Positions 1-18,359 of a stretch of DNA of 64,000 nt are shown one piece after another. The stretch is from assembly GCF_009914755.1 (NCBI RefSeq), contig NC_060930.1. The stretch is one strand, 5' to 3'. Under the pieces are notes generated by a model. That model saw nothing but the letters and a program-made list of their open reading frames with translations. It searched no databases and was not told the origin of the DNA. The translations under genes were made by a program, and so were the position numbers. How positions within the stretch are numbered: the stretch's first letter is position 1; each line of letters starts with the position of its first letter. Source of the stretch: the human T2T-CHM13v2.0 reference genome, Homo sapiens.

Positions 1-4500
<4,500 letters not shown>

Positions 4501-4661
4501 CCCAAGGGCGGAGTAAAAGGAGATAAAAGTGAGTAAAAGCACAGATTTGTCATAAGAGATCTGTTGAGAAAGGTGGAAGGACAGAAGTAGGTTTCAAAAC
4601 AATCACGACATGTTCTGAAACAGGAGGTAAAGAGGGGAAGATGAAGAGGAAGATGTTGGTT

Positions 4662-5090
<429 letters not shown>

Positions 5091-5517
5091 CTATGGTTTT
5101 GTAGTAATTATGTGTGGAAAACTGTATGATTCCTCAGTATTTATTTGGTTTTCCCTGCACTTTCTCTGCTACCAAACATCAGAATCCTAGATCATTGGAT
5201 AAGCTGAAGTTTTCAGCAACTCTAATTTGACTGTCACTACTTTTCTTATCTATAGTAGATGTTGTCCACAAAGTGACCACGTTATATACAGGAAATATTA
5301 CAATCACATGTCAAATTTTGTTCTCAAATTATTATTAATTTCCCAAAATATTATGAGTCTTTTGTATATCTTGTTGTTTATAATGACAATAATTTGAGCC
5401 TTTTGTTTATTGGAATCTTCTTTATTTTCATGGCTATGGAGGCATTCACATCAGTTTCCTTGAGAAAAATCAACTACCTAGCCAATAGAAATGATTTCTT
5501 TCTGTAAAAGATATCTT

Positions 5518-5908
5518 TTTTTTTTAATAATTTAATTAGTTCTTTTTTTTTATTATACTTTAAGTTTTAGGGTACATGTGCACATTGTGCAGGTTAGTTA
5601 CATATGTATACATGTGCCATGCTGGTGCGCTGCACCCACTAACTCGTCATCTAGCATTAGGTATATCTCCCAAAGCTATCCCTCCCCCCTCCCCCCACCC
5701 CACAACAGTCCCCAGAGTGTGATGTTCCCCTTCCTGTGTCCATGTGATCTCATTTTTCAATTCCCACCTATGAGTGAGAATATGCATTGTTTGGTTTTTT
5801 GTTCTTGCGATAGTTTACTGAGAATGATGATTTCCAGTTTCATCCATGTCCCTACAAAGGACATGAACTCATCATTTTTTATGGCTGCATAGTATTCCAT
5901 GGTGTATA
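5518..5908 (-). mobile_element. 5'-truncated young LINE-1 3' end (L1PA2-type)
   Basis: Reverse complement of L1 3'UTR with GATGACGAGTTAGTGGGTGCAGCGCAC (GAG diagnostic, not Ta ACA); TSD TGTAAAAGATATCTT at 5503-5517 and 5909-5923. Confidence 0.93.
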
Positions 5909-7164
5909 TGTAAAAGATATCTTATCTGCAGGTACAACTGAATGGCTTGTCAAACAGCTTAAGTCAGCCGACCAATCTACCACTATTGCTGCTCTTTGTA
6001 TTTAAAAGTTCAGCCGAGATGATATACCTAAATAATAGACATTACTCAACTTTCCAAAATACAAACGGGTATCCACCACCACTCCACTAAAGTAAATCAG
6101 GAGCATTCTAACAATTTACCATGTTGCCCCTCAAACACAAAAACTTAAGCACCGTAAGGACTAGAACCTTCTTACTTTTGTTTTCTGTTGTTTCCTTGAC
6201 ACTTTACAGGATACTTAACTCTAAATAAATAAATAAATAAATACCTTGTTGAATTAAGGATAATATATGTAGTAAATTTTGGAGGGTAGAGAAGGAATAC
6301 TAAAATATATTTTCACTAGTGGAAGATAATTTCCATTAGTTTCTGAGCTTACCATGGTTATCTCAAAAATATTTTCATTTGTCTAGAAATTTTGCTCAGT
6401 ATTTTTTAATCCACAACTCAGCCACTTATATATATTCCTAGTGCATGTTGGCTCCATCCTCAAAGTATAGTTTAATTGAAGTTCTGTTTCCTTGGTGCAT
6501 TAATTAGAGAGAGATAAGCTGGTGCATTTTTAGTTTGGGAACATGTCTCTAGCTATTTCTCAGGTGTTTGCGCTTGGCCAACCCTAGTGACATTTTCCTA
6601 TGTTCTTTTTTCACCTAAGTGTGTTCTCCATATCTCTTAAACCAGATAGTATTTTGAGAGACATTTAATCCATCTGGTTTATTACTTTAGCTCATACACA
6701 TCACATTTTAGCACTTCAGTGTATCGTAAATGTTCTTTGATTCAAAAGATACTCAGCAGCTTAGTGAATATTTAAAGAATCCTACTCTGGGAGAAATAAT
6801 ATTTGGCAATTTATGCCAATTCCATAATTTTAGCATTTTGACTTAATTTAGCATAGAATTTGGAATCCACAGGAGTGTTATATATATATTTATGGTTTCA
6901 TTAGCTTCAAATCTTGTAGTTTAGCTACTACAGGTTACTAGACTATTTTCATTTGCTAAGAAAAAAAATGTTGATTATTCTTCAGCTTGAACTTATATTG
7001 CCCCCAGATGCAGATTAACCAGAGTAAAAAATATCAGTGCTTCAGTAACTGATATTCAGAAAAATAAAATTAACTTTCTCTGAAATTAGAAGCTTTTACC
7101 AAACTGGAATATATCATTGTGTCAGGAGTTGGACGAACATTCTATAGTTTAATTGTTGGGACTT

Positions 7165-7390
7165 TCAGCTCAGATAGCTCTGAGTTTGAATCTAGACTTT
7201 GTTAATTTAATAGATTTGTTATCTTTCACATGCATCACATCCTTTCTATACTTCAGTATCAAATCTGTGAAAGGGGCATATTAAGAGTATGTATGTTATA
7301 AATTTGTTATAAGGCAAATATGACATGATACGCATAAGTTGCTTAAAGTGGAACCAAGACATGGTGCTTACTGAATGTTAACTATTGATA
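7165..7390 (+). mobile_element. MIR
   Basis: Degenerate MIR core (tgagtttgaatct...cttcagtatcaaatctgtgaaagggg) and 3' end (gcttaaagtgg...ctgaatgttaactatt). Confidence 0.65.
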
Positions 7391-7440
7391 AAATATATAT
7401 AAGCTTCTTAACAGAGTACCTGGTATATGCTCACAAAAGA

Positions 7441-7480
7441 AGTTTCAGATTATGAAATGTAGTTTCAGATGATGAAATGT
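7441..7480. repeat. 20-bp tandem duplication
   Basis: agtttcagattatgaaatgt / agtttcagatgatgaaatgt (1 mismatch). Confidence 0.9.
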
Positions 7481-8243
7481 CATTTCTTCCCAGTATTTTA
7501 CATTCAGCACCCCTCCTCAAAGCGGTTTTTGTTTTTAGTGTCTCAAAACTGGCATTTTTCTCTGTTTTAACCATAGTTTCTGTTATTATTGCAGCTAAGG
7601 GAACTAATAAGATAGTGTTTCAATGGTTTCGGGGATTCTTATTTATAGTCCATTCTTACTGCAGTTCTTTCCCCCACAGTGCCACTAGGTTGATCATTTA
7701 AATGCACATGTCTGATCAACCTCATTCTTGTTCAAAAGACATTGATGTCTCTCCATTGTCTATTGCATATATCATATTGGTCATCATGCCATTCAGTATC
7801 ACCCAACTTGACTCACATCAGCATCAGTGACCTCCCCAAATCTTCTTGAAGGGGCCAGCAACACTGGGTCTCTAGACATTTCTCCAAAACAAGATAATTT
7901 TTTACACCTGAGATTATGCCCAGCCTACCTCCACAACTCATAACTCAGTTATCCCTCTATCTGTGTTTTATGGTCTGGTTGTCTTAAAAGTTTTATGACC
8001 TATTTTGGGAGGAGTTGAAACAAATCCGTGTGGCCTCGACACCTCTTTCATAGTGAGATGAGTTTGAGGAGCAATACAATAGATCTGGACTTAGAAGGCA
8101 GACTTTACAGCCTAACACCACAACCTATTGGGAGATGGACTTTTGAAAAGTTCTGTCGATTGTTTCAGCACTGATTCTCTCAACTAAAAAAGGGAGCTAT
8201 CACCCGTTTTCTCTCCCTCACAAGGTTTTTGTGGGGATGAGGC

Positions 8244-8610
8244 ACTGTTTTGGTTTTCTATTGCTACCATATCAATTTACCACAAAACGTATTGGCTTCA
8301 AACAACATAAATGTGCTTTTCTTATGGTTTTATAGGTTGGAGTTCCAACACAGGTGTCCCACTGGGCTACAACCAAGATGTTTACAGGACGGTATGCCTT
8401 TTTGGAGGCTTACGGGAGCAATCCATTTTTTTGCCTTTTTCACCTTCCTGAGGCCTCTGGCAGGTCTTTGCACATAATTTCTACATTTCAGAACCAGCAG
8501 GGAGATAGTGTTGTGTCCTTCTCATACTGCCTTCACTCTCTGAGCACTGCCAGGAAAAGTTCTTCACTTTAAGGCCTCATGTGATTAGATTGTGCCCACC
8601 CAGAATGCAA
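8244..8610 (-). mobile_element. MLT1 (MLT1D-like) MaLR LTR
   Basis: tttctattgctacc..aatttaccacaaa..ggcttcaaacaacataaat..ttggaggct..gtgattagattgtgcccacccagaat matches a reversed MLT1 LTR. Confidence 0.75.
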
Positions 8611-11431
8611 GGGCGGGGTCATGGATAACTTTTGGAGCCAACCTAAAAGTAACATTTGTCCACCCACCAAAATGTTTAGTGATTGTGCCACCCCTGTGAT
8701 GTTTCTTTTGAAACAGATGAAAGTTCAAAACTCTCTGTGTGTGAGTATATGTTTGTGCTGAGACATTTTTAAAAATTGCTTTTGCTTCGAGAGCAAAGCA
8801 GGAGACATTAATGTCTCTGAAATGATTTCACAAGAAATGATAGTGAAGTGAAAAAGCTATTTTATTTCTTTTCCGCAATTTCTACTCAACGTCATAAACT
8901 TGAGAATTTAATTCCACTAGTAGAGAATAATTTGGATCAAGTCCTCAGATCTATATGATATTGGTATATCAGAATGTGAAAACGCTTAGGGATGTCCTCA
9001 AGTCAAGAAAGACTCTCCTGGAGGTGTGCAGGAAGTGACAGGACAATGGCTCCTCTTTGCATAGATGCAGCATGTAATAAGCCAAGTACTGCAAGTGTTG
9101 TGAAGAGTTTTTTCTTTATCTCTCCTATATTTAACAACAAGATTGCCTAGACATAGAATATAAAATTTACATGTGGCTGATGCAATGATTATTCCAGTTC
9201 TCTTTGTGGATTAAGTTATATATTGTTGGGAAACTAACATAAATATATTCTGTATCCATCAGTGGACTGAATTTTTTCACATCAGTTTTCCGCTGCTATC
9301 ATTCAGATGTCCTTAAATTATGGACTGAGTTACTATACCATTAATTGTATTTAATTAAGTAGGAAGAGTCTTCTAAGATGAATTAAAAGAGTGTTAGCTA
9401 TTGTTGAAATAATCAATGCATAGAACACTTAAACGAAAAGTGACTCTTCATATCATACCACTCTTTAAAATCGTAGCCTTTTCTCCTTTAAACTGATGAA
9501 GAATTTCTTGTGAATATGTGTAGGAGAGACAAAAAAGACAAAAACAAATGAGCTCCAGAATACATTTTAGTTCATTGACCAGTATGTCAATAAAATTTTA
9601 ATAAGATTTTCTGTCTTACAATTTTGGAACTTGAATGATAGATTAGGGTTCTGAGACCATTTTTCTAGTAATCTTCTTTTGTCCTCAGTTTCTTCATTTT
9701 GAAATGGAATGATCATAAAATGGTTTTAAGTTGCCTTCCACTTAAATGTGATGTCTTGGAAATTGAACAGAGGTGGCTTATAGCGATTGTACATAAATGC
9801 CTTCTACTGTTAAGTGGTTAATTAGTATCCCTGTGTTTGTTTTATGTCTTCCTTCCCCCCCACCGAACCTTTTCCCAAATAAACAAATTTATTTATTTAT
9901 TTATTTACTATTGCTCATATACTTCAAAAGTGAGTTAACTAATTACTTATTAATTCCCAAGGATTTTTAAAAGGCTCTCTTAATTTATGTCTTTATGCTT
10001 CAAACATTATCATACATTCCTTAGTCTGTGCTGTACTTTATTATTAACCAAAAATAAACTACCTTAAGTAGTTTATAATTGTGTATGTGGAGCTATAATT
10101 TTATATGTGTGACTATAACTTCCCCTAGCAGATTGAGTTGTAAAACCATATTTTATAAATCTTAGTACAATGCCACTGGGCATATATATAATAAGCACAT
10201 TCTTTGGTTATACAAGGCATGCTTCTTGTCATACAGGCTTATGATCTAAATCTGGTGGTAGACTAAGGAACTGAATCTGCTTGCCGACATCAGTGTGCTA
10301 ACACAGGATAAGGAAAGGGCAAAATTACAGCAAACTTTCTCCTGTGATAGACATTATATAACCTCAAAGCGTAACTATCCCATCAGAGCATCCTATTCTA
10401 TACACAGATGTTGGGCAATGAAGTGAAATTAACAGGCAAGTAGCAGAAATGTTCTGAAGACAAAATGAGTTACTAAACTTCAGTTATTAAATCTCAATAA
10501 ATAGTGAAGAAGAACTGTTGGTCTGGTTCTTTAAAAAGGATATATTTAAATATATAAACAAATGCAGAGCCTACTGCTACACAATTTGCTGCAATTTGTG
10601 AGCAACTACTGTGTTACTATGTAGCCACAATACCTCTTTCAATGGATTAGTCTAAGGTGGGAAAAGTTTGTTTCAGACACTAAATGGTAGTACCAGGATA
10701 CAAGGTTTGCCTGACAGCAAAGCTCCTCCTCTTTCCTCTGTCGAAGTGAGTGGATTCTGCAAAACAATGGTCATTATAACGAATCAAAGGATATCTTTGG
10801 TACTTGTGATAGAAGAGAGTGGGAGACAAGACTGTTTTTAGGGAGAGCTATGGGGGGTAGTCATATGAATCACATTGAATTAAATCATTAAGGCAAATGT
10901 TTTATACATGTCAATTTATGGTCCAGGTTCTCTCACTAAGAAGACAGGATGAGGCTTCCATTTTTACTAGTATGATGGATTAGTTACCCTGAGCACAACT
11001 CTTCTTACTGAAACAATAAGATGCTGGATAAAAATATTTCTAAAAATCTGTTTAAATGCACTTTGGGGCCAGCACACACACACACGCACAACAAGGAATC
11101 CAAACAGTACCACAATAAAGTGAAAGTGGGACCCATGGGAGTTTAGTGGACACCCAGTCTAGCTTTCATCCTGAGGGTTTATGTTGAACTCTTGTGTCCT
11201 GGAGTTTCTTCTTTGAAGGCTGCCTGAAGCACAGAGAACAGAAGTTAAAACTTAGAGCTGGCTGGCCAGATGTAGGGAAGCTAATATGAGATCTCAACAA
11301 AAAGCTGGATTTTCAAAGGACTGTAGCCTATATAAAGGTGAATGAGAAAGAAGTCCTGTCACAGAAGAAGATAGCAAGGAAACTTTTCTGTCTTGATCTT
11401 GGTACTAGGATAAGGGGGACAGGTGTATTTT

Positions 11432-11756
11432 GAGAATTCATGTGTTGAACCCAATCTCCAATGTGAGGACATTTGGAAGTGAACCTTTGGAAGGTGATTA
11501 GGTCATGAGGACAGAGCCCTCCTGAATGGAATTAGTGCCCTTTTAATAGAGGCCCCATGGAGATCTTTGCTGTTTCCACCATGTGAGATTGTAGCTTGAA
11601 GATGGCCATTTATAAATCAGAACATGGGTACTCACCAAACATTAGATCTGCTGGTGCCTTGATCAGGGATTTTCCTGCCTCCCAAAAGGTGAAAAATACA
11701 TTTCTGTTCTTTGTAAGCTGCTCAGTCTGTGATATTTTGTTATAGCAGCCTGAATT
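11432..11756 (+). mobile_element. MLT1A-like MaLR solo LTR
   Basis: aattcatgtgttgaac..ggtgattaggtcatgagg..agccctcctgaatggaattagtgccc..gatctgctggtgccttgat..gatattttgttatagcagcctgaa. Confidence 0.85.
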
Positions 11757-13371
11757 TAACAGAATTTTTGAAGAGCCCAATCTTAAAATCCAGTAATCCC
11801 AAATAATTCAAAGGAGAATAAATTAAAAAAATAATTACAACTAGGCATACCATAATAAAACTATGGACTCCAAATACAAAGGGAAGATTTTTAAAACATC
11901 TAGAAAATAATCACATTATTAAATTACCGGTAATTTAATTGATGTCAGACTTCTCAACAGCAACAATGAAAACAATAAGACCGTAAAATAGTACCTTCAA
12001 TCTACTAAAAGATAACAATTATTAACCTAGAATTCCAAGTGCAGGAAAATTATCTTGCTAGCATTTGGTCAAAATGAAAGTCTTTTAAAGAAGTGAGAGA
12101 ATTATCAATAACATATACTCACTAAAGGAAAATCTAAAGGAAGTGCTTCACATAAAAGGAATATGATTGCAACTGGAAGGTAGGAGACTTACAGAGGTAA
12201 TGTTAGTAAAGATATAGGTACATACTAAGTATATATGAGTAAATATTGAATGAATAAAAATTATAATAATCCTAATTCATAACGATGAAAAGAGTAGACT
12301 AATGGGCAAAAAATGGCACATATTCTAAGAAGAGATGGTCAGAGGTGTTGATATCTAAGGACTTGGTATCATCTGAAGAAAGATAAAGATTATTATTTAA
12401 ATGATGGCAAATAAAGTATGCATTCTAAAACAGCTAAAGTAATCACTAAAAGAATAAACACAGGTAAACTTTCTAAACAAATAAAAATGAAGAATTGAAT
12501 GGGGAATTTATTGAAATCTATTGTTTTAAAATAGGACAATGTACACAAAAAGGAGAGAACTAGAAAACATAAAATAAGTTTGTGGAAGTAGTAATACTGA
12601 AAGCAAGTTTGTAGAAATAATAATACACATAAATTGACTAAACTCTCCAGTTAAAAGAAAAAGATTTTTGGATTAGATTTTTTAAAAGCCAGCCATGTTC
12701 TGTGTTAACTTAAAGTATAAGGAGACAGATTGAAAACTAAAAAATGGAAAAATACATACCATGTAAATTTTATCCAAAAGAAAGGTAACATGTCTGTATT
12801 CTTAGCATAAACACTTTTTTATTCATCAAAATATTTATAAAGAGAAGAAAAGACATGTCAAGCCCAGAAGAAGTTATTTCAACAACATAATGAGCACCAC
12901 AACAAAAAGATTAATTTACCAAATATGTAAAAAACTTATATAACTTAAGGAAAATACTAGCACTCAGTAGAAGAATGGACTAAAGAAGTAAGCAGACATT
13001 TTACAAAAGAGGAAATCAAAATTATTAATAATTATCTCTATAAATATTAAAGCTCTTTAGAAGTAAGCAAAGTGATAATTAAATCCACATTGAGAACCTA
13101 TTATAAAACCACCAGATTGGCAAACGCTACAAAGTTAGTCAATATTGTTGGTATGTACTACTGGTGTATGAGTGTCAGTGAGGATGTGGTGCAAAGGGAC
13201 CCTTCAATCTCCTCTGATAGGAATTCAAATTGATAGAACCCTTTGGAAAAATGTTTGATATTACCTAATAAATATTGGTAGTTTGTACATTATACTGCCT
13301 AAAAAGTCTACTTCTAAATGTAAAACCTATAGAAATTTTTGAACCTGCAAAGAAGATATATATAAGAACAT

Positions 13372-13525
13372 TACCAACACAAAGAAATGTTAAATGTTTG
13401 AGATGATGAATATGCTAATTATCCTGATTTGATCACTATATATTACATGTATTGAAACATCACTATGTACCCCATGAATATGTATAATTATTATTTGTCA
13501 ATTAAAAATGAAATGTTAAAAAAGA
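13372..13525 (+). mobile_element. L1MA 3'-end fragment
   Basis: caacacaaagaaatgttaaatgtttgagatgatgaatatgctaattatcctgatttgatca...ctatgtaccccatgaatatgtataattattatttgtcaattaaaaa. Confidence 0.8.
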
Positions 13526-14169
13526 ATATACATATAACGGTAACATTTGCAACAGCATGTGTGCAGGTATGTGCTCATGCGTGGTTCACATAGTCACACA
13601 AATATACACCAAAAATGAGAATCTACCCAGAAATCCATTAACAGTAGAATGGATAAATAAATGCCATATGCATCATTGAAAATTGATGAAAAATCTACAG
13701 GTAAATGTATCATACCAATCCAATATCAAAAGCATACTTTTGAGCAAAAAGAATAAATCATAAAATAATTTCTAAACTATGAATCATTTCTGTAATCAGC
13801 TTAACATATGTGTTTAGCGATACAGACATAGGTGCTAAAACTACAAAGAAAGGAAAAGGAATCATTAATACAAATTTCAGGATCATCCTTACCTGAAGGA
13901 GGAAGATGAGATGATAAAAGGAAAATGGGGGTGGATAGGCACACATGGGGACTTCTAACTTACTGGCTATATTCTTAGTCTTGATAGATATTTTCATTCT
14001 TTAAAAATATATGTGTGTGCATGTATAACATGCATAACATAAATATATGTATGTGTGTAAATATATAAAGACAAACCTAGGTGACAATTAGACATTAGTT
14101 AAAGTATATTCCAAATTTATCAGAGTAGAACAGAAGAAGATCCAGTTGCTTCTCCTTCCTCTTCACTTC

Positions 14170-14385
14170 AGTGTGATGGTTAAAAACAGAATTACAGTTT
14201 CGGGGTTCAGTCAACTACCTTTGTGATTTTAGGCAAGTTACTTAGCATCTCTGTGCCTCAGTATCCTTATCTCTAAATTAAAGATAATGATAATGTCTAA
14301 TTCATGAGGTTGTTAAAAGGCTTAAATGAGTTTACATTTGTAAAGCACTTAAAACAGTGCCTGATATAGAACGACAACTATACGT
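14170..14385 (+). mobile_element. MIR
   Basis: ggcaagttacttagcatctctgtgcctcagtatccttatct...gtaaagcacttaaaacagtgcctga. Confidence 0.85.
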
Positions 14386-14489
14386 TAGTTAAATAAAATT
14401 TATAAAAGCATATCCCTTTGTCTTCCTAATTGTAGTTCTATATTTACTTCTCAGAATCCATAAGATAACAAAGAGAGGAAAAATACCAA

Positions 14490-14880
14490 GTGGTACCTGG
14501 ATTGGTTTCACACTGAATATATAGAATGACATGGCGGAGAATTGATATTTTTACAATATTGAGTTTTGAAGTTCATGAACATGGTCTATCCCTGTATTTA
14601 TTTCAATTGGTCTTTTCTGCCAGTAATGTTTATAAATTTCAGTGTGGAAGCCTTGCACATTTTCCACTAATTGTATTTCTAGTTATTGATAAATGCAGTG
14701 CTATTTAAAATATATCTTTTATCAAAATGTCATTTCTAAATGTTTGTTGTTACTGAATATAAATAACATTTGCTTTTGTATGTGGCAAATTCACCAACCC
14801 AACTTAAAGCTTTTCTGTAGATTCTAATTGTTTACACAGGAAATCATGTCTTTTGCAAATAGTGATGATGTTATTTATCT
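14490..14880 (-). mobile_element. Old L1M ORF2 fragment
   Basis: gagaattgatatttttacaatattgagt...catgaacatggt...aatcatgtcttttgcaaatagtgat (antisense FAxD region). Confidence 0.65.
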
Positions 14881-15280
14881 CCATATGAAGGGATTAAAAA
14901 ATAAAATAGGGATGGAGTTATATTTTTAAGTCAGTCTCTGCCAAAATAAAGCACATCTAGGGCAATTTGTTAGTGTGGAGGCTGCTTTAAGTCCTCCCTA
15001 GTCCAATAGGACTCTCTTTCTTGTGGTGACATATGTGTGTGTAAGTGTTCAATTACTACTATTATTTACCTTGAAAATCAAAAGTAAACCCTCCCTAAAC
15101 CCTGATAGCATTCATTATAAAATTTGCATGGTGAACCATGAATGTTATTTGAAAGAATGCAATAGCATACCTGTTATTTTCCCACTATATCTTGATAACT
15201 CACTCTGTGACTCAGAAATTGTCTTTTCTTTTTGTATCATCTTCTCTATAATACTCGGTTGTTTATGTGCAATGTTCTAC

Positions 15281-15700
15281 TTTTTTTTTTTTTTTTTTTG
15301 AAACAGAGTCTTACTCTGTCACCCAGGCTGGAGTGTAGTTGCATAAACCTCCACTCCCCAGGTTCAAGTGACTCTTCTGCCTCAGCCTCCCAAGTAGCTG
15401 GGATTACAGGCATGCACCACCATGCCTGGCTAATTTTGTATTTTTAGTAGAGACGGGGTTTCACAATGTTGGCCAAGATGGTCTCGTTCTCTTGACCTCG
15501 TGATCCGCCCGCCTCGGCCTCCCAAAGTACTGTGGGGATTACAGGCGTGAGCCACCGCTCCCGGCTAATTTTGTATTTTTAGTAGAGATGGGATTTCACC
15601 ATGTTGGCCAGGATGGTTTCGAAATCCTGACCTCAGGTGATCCGCCTGCCTCGGCCTCCCAAAGTGCTGGGATTACAGGCATGAGCCACCATGCCTGGCC
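15281..15700 (-). mobile_element. Trimeric Alu (left+left+right arms), AluS
   Basis: polyT, right arm, linker, left arm to 15565, second linker and left arm to 15700; TGTTCTACTTT on both flanks. Confidence 0.92.
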
Positions 15701-18334
15701 TAAGTGTTCTACTTTCAATTGAAGTAATTTGCCCAATTGAGCAAATTATCATTCCTGTTTTGTTATATTTAGCTAGCTGATGGTAAAGGACATCCCTATG
15801 AGAGCAACATCTGTCAAAGTATTGTACTTTGTTTTATGAAGAGACTGGCTTTTAGGAAATGGTGAATTGCTTTCTTCTTGCTTTTTGTGGTGGGAGGCAC
15901 TAGAGAGTGTAATAGAGCAGTGTAGATTGATTTGTATTTTTCTTTTCCACTTGTGTTGGGTTTTGTTTCACTATTATATTATAAAAACCAAAATAATGGG
16001 AGTTTTCCACAAATGGAAGGATGTGACAAATATAGGTGTGATTCAGCCCAAGATAATGATTTCGAATATGAAGAAATCCTACTTGAAGGACTTGGAAGTC
16101 TTATTACATTACTTCATCATTAAAACGACACTAAAATTTGATGGTAGTTTCCTCTAAGCACTGTTTTACCATCCTTAAATATTGAAGTACTAGAACTCTA
16201 ATATAGAAATATTAGAAACATTAAAACTAGATAGTAAAATGCTTTAACAACAGCAACAAAAAAGCATTACAAAACAATAGTATAACCTAACATATGCTTC
16301 ATCTCTTCATGAACACCTAATTATTACTCTAATGTAGTCACCTCTATTTATAGTCAGCTTTTTATCGTGCTTAATAGCCTTTCTCGTTAAGTCCCCTGAC
16401 TGCTTTAGTCTTCACCCTGAACAGAAGTCTCCTAAAATTGAGGCCAGGTGATGAATTAGGCCCCTTGGCTCCGATAGTGAACTAGTAGAGTCCGGCTGTC
16501 TAAACAGCTATTCCTGTTCAATTGCATTAGTGTGTTTCCCTCCAGGGTGATAATTGCTCAGAACTCATTGTGGCTCATTTCTTTATAATGCCCATAACAG
16601 TGCTTTTACAAGGGAAGGAATTGCATATTTTAGTGCTGTGATAAAATGCAAGAAGGCATGCTGCTGTAATGTGGTTGGCCCCATCTTGTGTACAGCTATG
16701 AACATTTGTATTTATGACAGCCATTTCACACTTGTATATTTGGGAAATGGTGAAATGTTGATGTGCTCATATACCAGAATTTGTGAATCTTTCATATTCT
16801 GCTAAGAATAAAAAATACTTATCTAATTTCAAACATTTCTTTGAACAGTGTCTACCTGGGGGTGTGAGGGAAGCAAAGTAGTTGTCTACCTCCTCACTCT
16901 GTAAAGATAATACGCATGTTAATTTATGCTGGTAGTTTGAATGAGGCACAGCTGCTGGATAACCATGTGATCCATCTATTTCGCGGAGGATGCCGCATTT
17001 TTATTCAACAGCCATGGAGCAATAGAAGGAAAGCTTCCATTTTGTACATTTTTTACAAACGGAAAATAAGAGAAAGGGAGGCTCACCTATGAATACTAAA
17101 TTAGGGAAAGCCTATCACCGTCAGTGATCAGAATGTTCAAACTTCTTTGTGTTGCTCATTGATGCACAAACAAACCACATGAATCTCTATTTGCTCAAAC
17201 CATAATTGAAACCATCACCCCAGTCATAACCAGTTATAGGATGCTTGCCTTAAAATATGCTCTCACTTGTCCTTTGATTTAGAAATCCCACAGTCTCTTC
17301 TGTTTTTCGTTTATCTACCCAAGTCACAGACATTCTGTGGCGCTGGTGTCTTTGGGGCATCGTTTCCTTTCTTAGTTTGCTGCTCTTCAAAACCTTTGCA
17401 ATCATAAAGGAGCAGCATCACCTTTATTTGAAGCTCCTCTCCACTGAACAAATAGATATGGGAAAGAAAGTTGATTTTAGACATCCAATTAAATCACTCT
17501 CTTACAAGGGAAATTACTCCGTGGAGTGTTAACGTGTTAGTCTATTCTCAGCAAGTCAGTTGGCAAAAAGGAAGCCATTTTATCTTTGGGCACTGAGGTT
17601 ATCATTTGGGCAAAAATACTCTGAAGGTAGGGAAATGTTGTCACAACAAAAATCCAAAAGGTCATCACCCACAGATACAGGTCATAAATTTTTCTTAGGA
17701 AAACTGCATTGGTTTATGATGAAGGTGATTTTTCTGTCATATATTTCTGTGAAAAATAAGATAGTTAAGGGAGCTCTTATGTACATATGTGTAATTCATA
17801 AACTTATTAAAGAATGAAAGGTACAATCTGATCAATTTTAAATTTAAGCAACCACATTTGCCATTTCAGAGCCCATAGAAAGGTAACCCAGGAAACAGAT
17901 GTAAACTGGCAATCGTTAATGCTGTTATATATCTTCAATGCCATTACCAGAAATAAAGAAAAAGAAAACACACCATCCTAAATCTGATAGTTCTGTCCTA
18001 GTAACATTTCTTTTTCAGTAGTTTAGTATGATTAAGAGTAGATAAGTCTTGGAAATTTGAAAAATCTTAATTTCCAGTCTTTCTCTAATGTTTCAGCTTA
18101 GACAATTTAGTTAAAATATCTGTGCCTCAGTTTCTTCATCTTTGCAGCAATTTAAGAGCCCGTATCTTGGCATTCTTGATTAGAGGAAAGATATTTCTGA
18201 TACATTGTAAACACTAATAAACAGTAGCAAATAGAATGTGTGTGTGTCAACAGGATAGAGTTTATCTTCAAACCATTTTCTTCTGCAGTGTCCTTCCTCC
18301 TGGGGTAAACAATGTTTCAATTAGCTTTCTGTTG

Positions 18335-18359
18335 TTTTTTTTTTTTTTTTTTTTTTTTT
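18335..18359. repeat. poly(T)25
   Basis: Direct read. Confidence 0.9.

Larger units (their letters stand above)
10960..13990 (+). mobile_element. Ancient L1M (L1ME-like) remnants with nested insertions
   Basis: ORF1-like segment ~11780-12200 (cagacttctcaacagcaacaatgaaa...aacctagaattc); 3' segments (aatccattaacagtagaatggataaataaat); A-rich on +. Confidence 0.65.

Noticed and set aside
8777-8817. 16-bp palindrome GAGACATTAATGTCTC and a neighbouring imperfect hairpin
   Set aside because: About one palindrome of this size is expected by chance in 64 kb
18335-18359. poly(T)25 as an orphan retrotransposed tail
   Set aside because: No flanking target-site duplication seen
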